64,000 bases of DNA from Spirochaetota bacterium (GCA_026415295.1 JAOAHJ010000031.1:3098-67097); one strand, 5' to 3'. Shown: positions 18,789 to 28,679, numbered from the stretch's first letter. Numbers and translations are program-made. The notes: generated by a model not told the origin, from the letters alone.

Positions 18789-20285
18789 TCATCCTTTTTT
18801 GTAATTAAATTCATAAAGAATAATAATTTCATTTTCTTTAATTTCAAGTTTAAAATTTATTTTGTTGAAATTAAAAATTTCATGCATTACAATAAAAGCA
18901 AATTCAGAAATATCATTATTATCCTCTATAATAAATTTTTTATTATTTAGAGTTTTTAATAATTTTGTAATTAAACTATTTAATGAAGGTTGATTATTTA
19001 TAATAAACTCAATCAAAAAATTTTCAAAAAATGTAAATTTAATATTAAATGAAAGAACTTTTCTTTTTGCAAGAAAAAATATAGTAGCAAACAATAATTC
19101 TTCTAATTTATTATAATCAAAAAATAAAATTGAATCATTGTTTAAGTTTTCGAAAAATAGATTTATATTCGATTTAAAAGAATTATTGAAAAATAAAAGG
19201 ATTTCTTTTAAATCTTCAATTAGATTTAATAATTTGAAGTTTGAATATAAAAAATTATTTTTTTCTGTAAAAAACTGAGAATAATCAATAATAATAAGTA
19301 AAATATTTTTTAAATATAAAGCATTGTGGTATATAGGGAAAACAAATTCTTTTTCAATTGAGTCATCTAATTTTAAAAAATTAGAAAATCCGATTATTGA
19401 ATTTAGAGGAGTTAAAAGTTCATGATAGAGGTTACTAAAAAGGATTTCTCGAGATTTTTCTATATATGTTGCCTTATTAATTTCATTTAGGATTTTAATA
19501 TTTTTTAATTCAAGTTCTTTTTTAAAATTTTCCACAATTATTGTTAAATTGTCTATATATTTTTCTTTAAGATAAAAATTAAATATAATAAAAATAAATG
19601 TTTGTAAGATTGATTCAATTTTTGTATTGAATTCCTTATCTTTAAAAAGAAGTTTTAAAAAAAAATCATTTTTTAATAGATAGACATCTATAAAAAATCT
19701 TATATTATTAAAATTAGCATTTACAAGATGGTAAGTGATCATATGATGGGAGTTATTTATATTTTCAAGTACATTATTTTCAATAAATTCTAAATTATTA
19801 TCAACTATTTTTAAAAAATTCATATTATCAGATTCTAAACTAAATTTAATGAAATCTACATTAAAGAACTTTAAGAAAATTTTTGAAAAATATATAAAAA
19901 TTTTTTCAAGGAAGTCACCTTCTTCATAAATAATTTCTAGTTTTTCATTTTTAAAAAATGAAAAAAGTTCCTCTTGAAAACTAGCTATTTTAATTAAATA
20001 ATTTTTATAATGTGAAATAATAAAATAATTAAGAAAATTAAATATTGTTTCAGAGTTGTCTATTTTTTCGTCATAAGAAAAATTAATTTTTATTTTTACA
20101 TTATTTTCTACATCAAATGTGAAAGTTTTTGTATATTTGAAACTTTCATAGTCTATAATTGATAAGTTATCTGATGGATATATAAAAAAAGGAATAGTAT
20201 TTTCAGATTCTAAAATATATGCAATTACTTGTTTTATGCTAAGATCTTGAAATAAATTGCTAATGCTATTTATTAGGTCTTTCAT
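18789..20285 (-). CDS. degenerate sensor histidine kinase (HisKA intact, catalytic ATP-binding domain eroded)
   Basis: H-box LYHELLTPLNSIIGFS; no recognisable N, G1, F or G2 boxes. Confidence 0.7.
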   Translation of the reverse strand: MKDLINSISNLFQDLSIKQVIAYILESENTIPFFIYPSDNLSIIDYESFKYTKTFTFDVENNVKIKINFSYDEKIDNSETIFNFLNYFIISHYKNYLIKIASFQEELFSFFKNEKLEIIYEEGDFLEKIFIYFSKIFLKFFNVDFIKFSLESDNMNFLKIVDNNLEFIENNVLENINNSHHMITYHLVNANFNNIRFFIDVYLLKNDFFLKLLFKDKEFNTKIESILQTFIFIIFNFYLKEKYIDNLTIIVENFKKELELKNIKILNEINKATYIEKSREILFSNLYHELLTPLNSIIGFSNFLKLDDSIEKEFVFPIYHNALYLKNILLIIIDYSQFFTEKNNFLYSNFKLLNLIEDLKEILLFFNNSFKSNINLFFENLNNDSILFFDYNKLEELLFATIFFLAKRKVLSFNIKFTFFENFLIEFIINNQPSLNSLITKLLKTLNNKKFIIEDNNDISEFAFIVMHEIFNFNKINFKLEIKENEIIILYEFNYKKG

Positions 20286-20480
20286 TGCTTATATATAAAA
20301 TTTTAATATCTTTATATACAAAATAAAATTTATAGAAGCTATATTTAATATTAAATAATTAAAAAGTATGAATAATAAACATTAATTTTGAAATAATATA
20401 AGTTAAATTTTTATAAACTTTATAAAAATATTATAGAAAAAAAAAAAAAATTCTATAAACTTTTAAAAATTTTTTTTAAA

Positions 20481-20508
20481 TTGATGAATTATTTATGTGC
20501 TTTAAAAT
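20481..20508 (+). promoter_or_regulatory. candidate sigma70 promoter TTGATG-16-TAAAAT for hutH
   Basis: Hexamers read directly, about 40 nt upstream of the start; SD GGAGG present. Confidence 0.45.
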
Positions 20509-20549
20509 TAATTTTTTAAAATTAAAATTATTAAATATTTGGAGGTAGA

Positions 20550-22070
20550 ATGATAGTTTTAGATAATGAGTTAAATCTTGAAAATTATAAAAAAATTGTT
20601 TATGAAGGAGAAAAGGTTAAAATATCGGAAAAAGCTAAAAAGAGAGTTAATGTAAATAGAGAAATTGTTAATAAAATAGTAAGTCAGGATAAAGCAATTT
20701 ATGGACTTAATACGGGTTTTGGTAATCTTGCAAATATTAAAATAGGGAAAGAAGAGATAGAAAAATTGCAAATTAATTTAATAAGGTCACACTCTACGGG
20801 TTATGGTGAAAGAGCTTCATACTACGTAGTGAGAGGAACGATATTACTCCGGCTTTTCTCTTTGTTAAAAGGTTATTCTGGAGTAAAATTTGAAAATTTA
20901 GTTGTATTTGAAGAATACTTAAATGAAAATATTTATCCTTATATTCCAGTCCTAGGTTCTCTTGGTGCTTCTGGAGATCTTGCCCCATTGTCACATCTTG
21001 TTTTATCAATGATGGGGGAAGGAGAAATTATAGATGAAAATGGAATAAGAGTTGAATCTTCGAAAATAATAGAGCAGAAAAAATTAACAAAACTAAGTTT
21101 ATCTTATAAAGAAGGATTGGCGTTTATTAATGGTACCTCATTTATGCTTGCTTTCTTATTAGATTGTATCTATAATTCAGAAAATTTAATTAAACTTTTT
21201 GATGTTATTTCTGCTTTTTCTATTGAAAATTTAAAAGGATCATTGACACCTTTTTTGGAGGAACTAAGCTTAGTTAGGCCATATTTGGGACAAAAGAATA
21301 CTTCAAAAAATATCTATAATTTACTTAAAAATTCGGAAATCATAAAATCTCATAAAGATTGCCCAAAGGTTCAGGATGCTTATTCTTTAAGGTGTATTCC
21401 CCAGGTTCATGGTGCTGTTAAAGAGGTTTTTAGGGATGTAATTTCAAAAGTTATAATAGAAATGAATTCTGTAACTGATAATCCACTTATATTTTCTGAA
21501 GATAAAGTATATTCTGGGGGTAATTTTCATGGTGAAATACTTGCTTTTTATGCCGACTTTCTTTCAATAGCTATGTCTGAATTAGGTGCAATATCTGAGA
21601 GAAGACTTGAGAGATTACTTAACCCCTCTTTATCTGGACTTCCTCCATTTTTAGCTAAAAATCCAGGTGTAGAATCCGGGCTGATGATTGTTCAATATAC
21701 AACTTCTGCTTTAGTTTCTTTAAATAAAACATTTTCTTCGCCATCATCTATTGATTCTATTCCAGTTTCTGCAAATCAGGAAGATCATGTTTCAATGGGT
21801 GCAAATGCATGTTTTAAATTGTCAAAGATTATAGATAATTTGTATTATATTGTTGCTGCGGAGCTTTTTGCTAATATAAGGGCAAAAGTATTTCATAGTA
21901 TAAAATTTTCTGAAATTTCTGAGTTTATTTTTGATTATTTTAACTCAAAAGTTGAAATAAAATACTTTGACTATCAATACTATAAAATATTAGAAAATAT
22001 TATAAAGATATTAAAAGATTTCTCATTTATTAAAACTATTGAATCTAAATTTGGAAATATAGAGATATAA
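20550..22070 (+). CDS. hutH: histidine ammonia-lyase
   Basis: IYGLNTGFG, LIRSH, MIO-forming GASGDLAPL, QDAYSLRC, GGNFHGE and NQEDHVSMG motifs. Confidence 0.97.
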   Translation: MIVLDNELNLENYKKIVYEGEKVKISEKAKKRVNVNREIVNKIVSQDKAIYGLNTGFGNLANIKIGKEEIEKLQINLIRSHSTGYGERASYYVVRGTILLRLFSLLKGYSGVKFENLVVFEEYLNENIYPYIPVLGSLGASGDLAPLSHLVLSMMGEGEIIDENGIRVESSKIIEQKKLTKLSLSYKEGLAFINGTSFMLAFLLDCIYNSENLIKLFDVISAFSIENLKGSLTPFLEELSLVRPYLGQKNTSKNIYNLLKNSEIIKSHKDCPKVQDAYSLRCIPQVHGAVKEVFRDVISKVIIEMNSVTDNPLIFSEDKVYSGGNFHGEILAFYADFLSIAMSELGAISERRLERLLNPSLSGLPPFLAKNPGVESGLMIVQYTTSALVSLNKTFSSPSSIDSIPVSANQEDHVSMGANACFKLSKIIDNLYYIVAAELFANIRAKVFHSIKFSEISEFIFDYFNSKVEIKYFDYQYYKILENIIKILKDFSFIKTIESKFGNIEI

Positions 22071-22112
22071 AATACAAAATAAATATAATAATTTGAGTAG
22101 AGGAGATAGTAA

Positions 22113-22880
22113 ATGAACAGTAAAATTACCCCATCGATAGTTATACCAGCAAGACTTAATTCTCAGAGATTAGAAAGAAAAATGTTATATAAGATAGGAA
22201 ATTCTACACTAATAGGATTACTATTAAAAAACTTTGACAGAGATATATATTACAATAATAGCAAAATAAATGTTTATTGCTTAACTGATTCTTATGAAAT
22301 AATTGAAGAGGTTAAAAAGTTCAAAAAGATAGTTCCTATAATGACTCCAGATACTATTAATTCTGGAACCGAGAGGATTATTTATTCTATCAATAATTGT
22401 CTTGTAGAAGGAAATTTCTTTATTAACATTCAAGGAGATGAACCACTTGTTACATGGGAATATATTGAAGATTTTATAAATTGGATATTTTCATTTGACG
22501 ATGAAAAAATTGATTCTTCTATATTTACAATTGGTAAAATTTTTGATTCAAAGGAAATATATTTAAACCCTAACAATGTTAAAGCTATTGTAAATAAAAA
22601 GGGGGAAGCTTTATATTTTTCAAGGGCTGGCTTGCCTTTTTATAGAAGTGAAGAAAAATTTAAGTGTATTTTACATTATGGTATTTATGGTTATTCTAAA
22701 AATACACTTATAAATTATTCTAAAATGAAAGATTCTGAGCTTGAAAAAGCTGAAAAACTTGAACAATTAAAATTTATAGACAATGGTGGAAAAATTTATT
22801 TAAAACTTGTTGAATTTGACTTGGTTGGAATAGATACCGAAAAAGATATTGAAAGATTAAAAAATTATATTAAGTTTTAA
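22113..22880 (+). CDS. kdsB: CMP-KDO synthetase (3-deoxy-manno-octulosonate cytidylyltransferase)
   Basis: IPARLNSQRL, SGTERI, NIQGDEP, HYGIYGY, LEKAEKLEQL and GIDT motifs. Confidence 0.88.
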   Translation: MNSKITPSIVIPARLNSQRLERKMLYKIGNSTLIGLLLKNFDRDIYYNNSKINVYCLTDSYEIIEEVKKFKKIVPIMTPDTINSGTERIIYSINNCLVEGNFFINIQGDEPLVTWEYIEDFINWIFSFDDEKIDSSIFTIGKIFDSKEIYLNPNNVKAIVNKKGEALYFSRAGLPFYRSEEKFKCILHYGIYGYSKNTLINYSKMKDSELEKAEKLEQLKFIDNGGKIYLKLVEFDLVGIDTEKDIERLKNYIKF

Positions 22881-22939
22881 TAAATAGTTTTTAATAAATG
22901 TAAATATTTTTTAAAATTAAATTAAGAAGATTATTTACT

Positions 22940-23659
22940 ATGAATTTTATTAATAGAGAATTTAACATTCTTGCTAATTTTTTAGTTATAAATGGTTCTA
23001 AATGTGGGAAAGTAATTCCTTATTTAGAACATTGTGATGATGTTTTGCAGAAACATTTGGGAATAGATTGTACATTAAATTATGATAAAGATCATGGTTC
23101 TATTTTTATAACTTCAGATGATCTTAAAGTTAATGGTATTAAAAAAGTTAAAGCTTTATTAAGAGATGGAGATATTATTCAAATAAATGATATAAAATTA
23201 AGGTTCTATATTGAAGATTTTAATAGTGTTTTTAGAATATCTGAAATCTATTCTGATGTTTTTTATAATGAACCTCCTTTTTTTAGAAGAGAACTTATGT
23301 ATATTTTAATGAGATATGAATATTTAAAGGTCAAAAGATATGGTATTAATTTTAGTCTAATATTTGTAAAGTTTGTTGATAGTTATTTATACCAAATAAA
23401 AGATATTTTAACTAATATATTGAAAGAAAATTTAAGAGACACCGATTTCATTTCTGATATTTCTGAAAATGATATAATTATTTTTTTACCTTTCTTAAAA
23501 AAAGAAGATTGTGAAAATGTTATGAATAGAATTAGTAGTGAGATTTCTAGATTACTACCAGAAATTAATTTTATAAAAAATTATCTTTCTTTGGATAAAT
23601 CAAATATTGATGACTTTGATAACTTTATAAAGGTTTTATGTCATATTTTTAATATTTAA
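22940..23659 (+). CDS. FHA-like plus degenerate GGDEF domain protein
   Basis: N-terminal VNG...LRDGDIIQI (FHA C-terminal strands); C-terminal YEYLKVKRYGINFSLIF...LRDTDFISDISEND (GGDEF fold). Confidence 0.7.
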   Translation: MNFINREFNILANFLVINGSKCGKVIPYLEHCDDVLQKHLGIDCTLNYDKDHGSIFITSDDLKVNGIKKVKALLRDGDIIQINDIKLRFYIEDFNSVFRISEIYSDVFYNEPPFFRRELMYILMRYEYLKVKRYGINFSLIFVKFVDSYLYQIKDILTNILKENLRDTDFISDISENDIIIFLPFLKKEDCENVMNRISSEISRLLPEINFIKNYLSLDKSNIDDFDNFIKVLCHIFNI

Positions 23660-23692
23660 TTTTTTTAATTAAAAGTTAAAAAAAGGGGTGAA

Positions 23693-24499
23693 GTGATGAG
23701 GTTAAAAAAAATCGAAGATTCATTTTTGAATTCTAAAAGGAGCTACCTTTTTTTTATTGTTTCAGCATTTATTAATTCTTTCATTTTCTCTTTTGGTTAC
23801 TTTTTATCAATAACTTTTTTTAAAGAAATTGATCCACATTTATATTTATTTATATCTTCATTTATTTTAAGTTTAACTTTATACTTTTTAAGTTTAAATC
23901 ATTTTGAAGGTTTTTTTGAATATTCCATTTCTGGTATTCTTGTATTTAATAAAAAATTTAGAATATCTTTGTATTTGCTAAGAATAATAGGTATTTATTT
24001 AGTTGGTTTATTGGGAATTATATCTTTTGTTTTAATCTTTTATTTTTCAAAATTATGGATTACAGGGAATTCTCCAGAAAACATTACATTAAGGATATCA
24101 AGTTATGTATTAAAAACTTATTCATATCCTTTAGATAAATATATTTTGACTTCTTTAATTAGTGGAATTTTTATTGGTTTTCTATTTTACTATAGATTTT
24201 TAGTTGATGAACACAAATATGACCTTAGACTGTTTCTAAATCTATTTCTGTTTTCTTTTATAGTAAATGGAAACTTTTTTATAAATTATTATATTGAGTT
24301 TAATAATTATTTATTTGTTTTGCTTATAAAAAATTTCTTGTTAGATATTGGATTACAAAAGTTTAATCAAATAAATTTTTCAGTTTTTTTATTTAAAATT
24401 TTACTTTCTTCTTTTTTTAACTTCTTAGGAATTTTTATATTTAGTTTACCAATGATTTATTTGTATGAGAAAACAAAAGAGATAAAAGAAGATGAATAA
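23693..24499 (+). CDS. hypothetical multi-pass membrane protein
   Basis: Several hydrophobic segments; stop overlaps the coaD start. Confidence 0.75.
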   Translation: MMRLKKIEDSFLNSKRSYLFFIVSAFINSFIFSFGYFLSITFFKEIDPHLYLFISSFILSLTLYFLSLNHFEGFFEYSISGILVFNKKFRISLYLLRIIGIYLVGLLGIISFVLIFYFSKLWITGNSPENITLRISSYVLKTYSYPLDKYILTSLISGIFIGFLFYYRFLVDEHKYDLRLFLNLFLFSFIVNGNFFINYYIEFNNYLFVLLIKNFLLDIGLQKFNQINFSVFLFKILLSSFFNFLGIFIFSLPMIYLYEKTKEIKEDE

Positions 24500-24995
24500 A
24501 AAAGTAATATATCCTGGTTCATTTGATCCAGTAACTTTTGGTCACATAGATATAATTAAAAGAGCTTCTAATTTGTTTGATGAAGTTTTTGTGGCAGTCC
24601 TTAATAACCAAAGAAAGAATTATTTATTTACTATAGAAGAAAGAAAAAGAATGTTGGAAGAGTCACTAAAAGAATTTAAAAATATTAATATTGTAACTTT
24701 TAATGGATTACTTGTTGACCTTGCAAAAAAATTGGAAGTAAACCATATTGTGAGAGGATTAAGAGCGATATCTGATTTTGAGTATGAATTTGAAATTGCT
24801 TTAACAAATAGAAATATTAGTAATAAATTTATTGATACTATCTTTTTTATGACAGATGAGAAATATTTTTATTTATCCTCTTCTCTTGTTAAAGAAGTTT
24901 ATTTTTTAGGAGGAAATGTTGATAATATGGTTCCAGAATGTGTTAAAAAATATCTTGAGCAAAAAAGAGAAAAAAATAATAAAAATGAAATTTAA
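24492..24995 (+). CDS. coaD: phosphopantetheine adenylyltransferase
   Basis: YPGSFDPVTFGH, VRGLRAISDFEYE and SSSLVKE motifs. Confidence 0.97.
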   Translation: MNKKVIYPGSFDPVTFGHIDIIKRASNLFDEVFVAVLNNQRKNYLFTIEERKRMLEESLKEFKNINIVTFNGLLVDLAKKLEVNHIVRGLRAISDFEYEFEIALTNRNISNKFIDTIFFMTDEKYFYLSSSLVKEVYFLGGNVDNMVPECVKKYLEQKREKNNKNEI

Positions 24996-25036
24996 TTATA
25001 TTATTTTAATAATAAATAAAAAATATTAGGTTTTTT

Positions 25037-25064
25037 TTGACAAATAAATATATATTGGTACTAT
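25037..25064 (+). promoter_or_regulatory. sigma70 promoter TTGACA-16-(TGn)TACTAT for pta
   Basis: Perfect -35 and extended -10, followed by SD AAGGAG. Confidence 0.65.
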
Positions 25065-25083
25065 ATTACAAAAAGGAGTTGAA

Positions 25084-26088
25084 ATGGAATTTTTAGAATT
25101 AATAAGAGATAAAATAAAAAAGAATCCAAAAAGATTAGTGTTGCCTGAATCATATGATGATAGAATGATTAAAGCAGCTACAATTTTAATAAAAGAGGGT
25201 TATTGTAAAGAATTAATAATGATTGGCGATGAAAATTATATATATAATAAGGCTAAAGAATTGAAAGTTAATATAGATGGGATTAAAATATTTAATATTA
25301 ATAATTTTAGAGAGATTGATAAGTTTGCTGAAATATATTTAAACAAAAGAAAAGGCAAGGAAGTTAATACTATTGAAGAAGCTAGAAATATTATTTTATC
25401 TGATGATAAATTTCTCTATTTTGGAGCTTTATTGGTTGAAGCTGGATATGCAGATGCTATGGTTGCTGGAGCATATAATACTACAGGAGATGTTTTAAGG
25501 GCTTCTTTAAGAGTAATTGGAGTTAAAAAAGGATTTAATGTAGCTTCATCATGTTTTATAATGATTTTACCGGATAAAAAGTATGGAGAAAATGGAATAA
25601 TGCTATTTGCTGATTGTGCAACTGTACCTGATCCAACATCAGAACAACTTGCTGAGATTGCTGTGACTACTGCAAATACTGCAAAAGAGTTAATAGGATT
25701 AAAACCTAAAGTAGCTTTACTGTCATATTCAACAAAAGGTTCAGCTACTGGTCCATTAGTAGAAAAGGTTCAAAATGCAGTTAAAATAATGGAAAAATAT
25801 AATTTAGATTTTGAGTTTGATGGAGAAATGCAATTAGATGCTGCTATAATAGAGAATGTTGGTAAAAAGAAAGCACCAAATTCTAAAGTAGCAGGAAAAG
25901 CAAATGTACTTATTTTCCCTGATCTAAATGCAGGAAATATTGGTTATAAATTGGTTGAAAGACTAGGTAATGCTATTGCAATAGGGCCAATTTTACAGGG
26001 ATTTAATAAACCAGTTAATGATTTATCTAGGGGTTGCTCGGTTGAAGATATAGTTAACGTTTCTATAATTACAATGTTAAAAGCATAA
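25084..26088 (+). CDS. pta: phosphate acetyltransferase
   Basis: LVLPES, FADCA, ALLSYSTKGS, DGEMQLDAA, FPDLNAGNIGYK and DLSRG motifs. Confidence 0.97.
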   Translation: MEFLELIRDKIKKNPKRLVLPESYDDRMIKAATILIKEGYCKELIMIGDENYIYNKAKELKVNIDGIKIFNINNFREIDKFAEIYLNKRKGKEVNTIEEARNIILSDDKFLYFGALLVEAGYADAMVAGAYNTTGDVLRASLRVIGVKKGFNVASSCFIMILPDKKYGENGIMLFADCATVPDPTSEQLAEIAVTTANTAKELIGLKPKVALLSYSTKGSATGPLVEKVQNAVKIMEKYNLDFEFDGEMQLDAAIIENVGKKKAPNSKVAGKANVLIFPDLNAGNIGYKLVERLGNAIAIGPILQGFNKPVNDLSRGCSVEDIVNVSIITMLKA

Positions 26089-26102
26089 TAAAAAAATATA
26101 AC

Positions 26103-26130
26103 TTGACATTTTAAAAAGTTAGTCTATTTA
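26103..26130 (+). promoter_or_regulatory. candidate promoter TTGACA-16-TATTTA for rpmF
   Basis: Perfect -35; imperfect -10. Confidence 0.45.
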
Positions 26131-26154
26131 TAGCAAAAATATTGAGGTGATGAA

Positions 26155-26340
26155 ATGGCTGTTCCAAAGAAGAAACCTTCTCATGCTAGAACATTTAGAA
26201 GAAAGAGAGCAAATGAAAAGAGAGATCTTCCTAATTTAACAAAATGCCAATCATGTGAATCTTATATTTTACCGCATAGAGCTTGCCCAAAATGTGGCTT
26301 TTATAAAGGAAGAAATGTTTTAGAACTAAAAACTGAATAA
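26155..26340 (+). CDS. rpmF: 50S ribosomal protein L32 (Zn-ribbon form)
   Basis: MAVPKKKPSHAR...CQSC...HRACPKCG. Confidence 0.97.
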   Translation: MAVPKKKPSHARTFRRKRANEKRDLPNLTKCQSCESYILPHRACPKCGFYKGRNVLELKTE

Positions 26341-26367
26341 GCTGCTAAAAAAAGCAGCTTTTTTTTT
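26339..26367 (+). terminator. intrinsic terminator after rpmF
   Basis: AAGCTGCT-6-AGCAGCTT stem followed by a T tract. Confidence 0.85.
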
Positions 26368-26534
26368 CAATTATATTAAATCAATTATTTTAGTGAAAGA
26401 ATTGGGTATTAGAAAATATTGAGAGAGAGAATTTAATTGTTATATTTTTTGATTTATTAAATTTAAAATTAGAAAATGAGATAAAAAGTAATTTTATATA
26501 GTTTATGTGTAATTATTAAAAAATTGGGAAAAAA

Positions 26535-27545
26535 ATGGCCAAAATTGCTGTTGATGTAATGTCAGGTGATAGACAACCAGAAGTTATTATAGATGGATGT
26601 TTGCTATATATCAATAAAACAAATGATGATTTAGCTATTATTGGTGATAAAAAAAAGATCGAAAAATACCTTAATTTTTATCCATATGAGAGAAAAAAGA
26701 TAGAGGTTATACAGTCCTCTGAAATAATCAAGATGGATGATAATCCTTTAACTTCATATAAGGAAAAACAAGATTCATCTATTGTTATAGGTACAAAACT
26801 TCTAAAAGAAAAGAAAATAGCTGGTTTTTTTTCCCCTGGAAACACAGGAGCTGTTGTAACTTCTTGCCTATTTGAGGTAGGTAGAATAAAAGGTATTAAG
26901 AGACCTGCTTTGGCTGCAATTTTGCCAAATTCAAGAAGTTCTACTATACTTATTGATGCAGGAGCAAATGTAGATTGTAAGCCTTATTTTTTATTTCAAT
27001 TTGCAATTATGGGGCATATATTTTCTGAAAAGATTCTAAAAAAAACAAATCCTAAAATTGGTTTATTATCAAATGGAGAAGAAGAACAAAAAGGGAATTC
27101 TATAACAAAAGAAGCATATAAACTTTTATCTAAAAGTGACTTGAACTTTATTGGAAATATTGAAGGTTATAATATAGTTGATGGGAGTGTTGATATAGTT
27201 GTTTCTGATGGTTTTTTTGGCAATATTGCTCTTAAATCTATTGAAGGGACAGCTAAAGCCATTATGACTCTATTAAAATTGAAGATAAAGGAGAGTTTTA
27301 TAGCAACTTTAGGAGGTCTGTTAATTAAAAATTCTTTATTAGAAATAAAAGAAATGATGGATCCAAGAGAATATGGGGGAGCACCTTTACTTGGAATTAA
27401 TGGTGAAGTAATTATTGGTCATGGAAACTCTGATGAAATTGCAACTTATAATGGTCTTAGAATGGTAAAAAGAATGTCTGAAGTTGGTGTTAATAATATT
27501 ATATCCAAATATTTAAAAGAAAAATTAAATATTTTGAATAATTAG
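26535..27545 (+). CDS. plsX: phosphate acyltransferase PlsX
   Basis: IAVDVMSGD, SPGNTGA, RPAL, DAGAN, GNIEG, DGFFGN and GGAPLLG motifs. Confidence 0.96.
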   Translation: MAKIAVDVMSGDRQPEVIIDGCLLYINKTNDDLAIIGDKKKIEKYLNFYPYERKKIEVIQSSEIIKMDDNPLTSYKEKQDSSIVIGTKLLKEKKIAGFFSPGNTGAVVTSCLFEVGRIKGIKRPALAAILPNSRSSTILIDAGANVDCKPYFLFQFAIMGHIFSEKILKKTNPKIGLLSNGEEEQKGNSITKEAYKLLSKSDLNFIGNIEGYNIVDGSVDIVVSDGFFGNIALKSIEGTAKAIMTLLKLKIKESFIATLGGLLIKNSLLEIKEMMDPREYGGAPLLGINGEVIIGHGNSDEIATYNGLRMVKRMSEVGVNNIISKYLKEKLNILNN

Positions 27546-27711
27546 TTAAAAAAATGTTGAAAAAAAAAATTTAATCAATATATTTTATTTGTAGTGTATT
27601 TATTATTTTATATTATAATAGTGAGATGACATATTTGGTTTCTAATTTTTTATATTTTTTTTGAAGATAGATTTTAAGAAAGAATCTTAATTAAATTTTT
27701 AGGGAAATATT

Positions 27712-28620
27712 ATGCTTGTATTTCCAGGACAAGGAAGCCAATTTGTTGGTATGGGAAAATTTCTTTACGATAATTTTTCTATAGCTAAGGAAATATATGA
27801 TAAGGCAAGAAAAATTGTTTCTGAGAAATTTATAGAAATTTCTTTTAATGGTAATGAAGTTGATATTGCAAAGACTGAATATTCACAGGTTATTATTTTT
27901 CTTTATACTTATTCATTGTTTCAAATTTTAAAAAGTAAAAATATTTTATCTTTTGATAATTATTATGCTGGGCATTCATTAGGTGAAGTAATAAGTTTTG
28001 CTATTGCTGAATATATTAGTTTTGAAGAGTGCTTAAAGCTTATTAGATTCAGAGGAGAAGTTATGTCCTCTGCTACTTCTATTGAAGGTGGTATGGCAGC
28101 TTTAATTTTTCCTGATATTGATCAAATTTTAGAAACATTAAAAAGTAATGAATATAAAGATAAAGTTTTTATTGCAAATTATAATTCTGCAAACCAAATA
28201 GTTATTTCTGGGGATAAAAAGCTAATAGAGAGTTTTTGTAATAATTTTGATAAAAAATTATTTAAGAAATTTGTTATTTTAAAAGTATCTCAAGCTTTTC
28301 ATACTGTTTTTATGAATAGTGCAAAAAAAGAATTTGAAAACTATTTAAAAGATATAAATATAAACCTAAATAGTAATAATATATTTTCAAATGTTACTGG
28401 AGAGATATACCCTAAAGATGAAAAAAAAATAAAAGAATTGCTTGCTAGACAAATAGAATCCTCAGTTTTGTGGTTAGATATTATAAATAATAGTAAAGAA
28501 AAAGTTAAGGAATATATTGAAGTTGGACCTTCAAGTATATTAATTCCTTTTATTAAAACAATAGTTAATGAAAATGATTATAAGCTGCTTACTTATTGTG
28601 GAGATAAATCATTGCTGTAG
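27712..28620 (+). CDS. fabD: malonyl-CoA:ACP transacylase
   Basis: FPGQGSQ, GHSLGE, ANYNS, VSQAFH and EVGP motifs. Confidence 0.95.
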   Translation: MLVFPGQGSQFVGMGKFLYDNFSIAKEIYDKARKIVSEKFIEISFNGNEVDIAKTEYSQVIIFLYTYSLFQILKSKNILSFDNYYAGHSLGEVISFAIAEYISFEECLKLIRFRGEVMSSATSIEGGMAALIFPDIDQILETLKSNEYKDKVFIANYNSANQIVISGDKKLIESFCNNFDKKLFKKFVILKVSQAFHTVFMNSAKKEFENYLKDININLNSNNIFSNVTGEIYPKDEKKIKELLARQIESSVLWLDIINNSKEKVKEYIEVGPSSILIPFIKTIVNENDYKLLTYCGDKSLL

Positions 28621-28679
28621 TTAAAAGTATTGGCCAATTTTGATAAAAAATAGATTTTATTTTTAAAAGGAGGAATTTA

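Noticed and set aside
26421-26430. (GA)5 dinucleotide run upstream of plsX
   Set aside because: Too short to support phase variation and not in a recognisable promoter spacer
28630-28645. TGGCCA...TTGA as a sigma54 promoter for acpP
   Set aside because: The GG to GC spacing is wrong (8 rather than 10 nt) and the -12 reads GA
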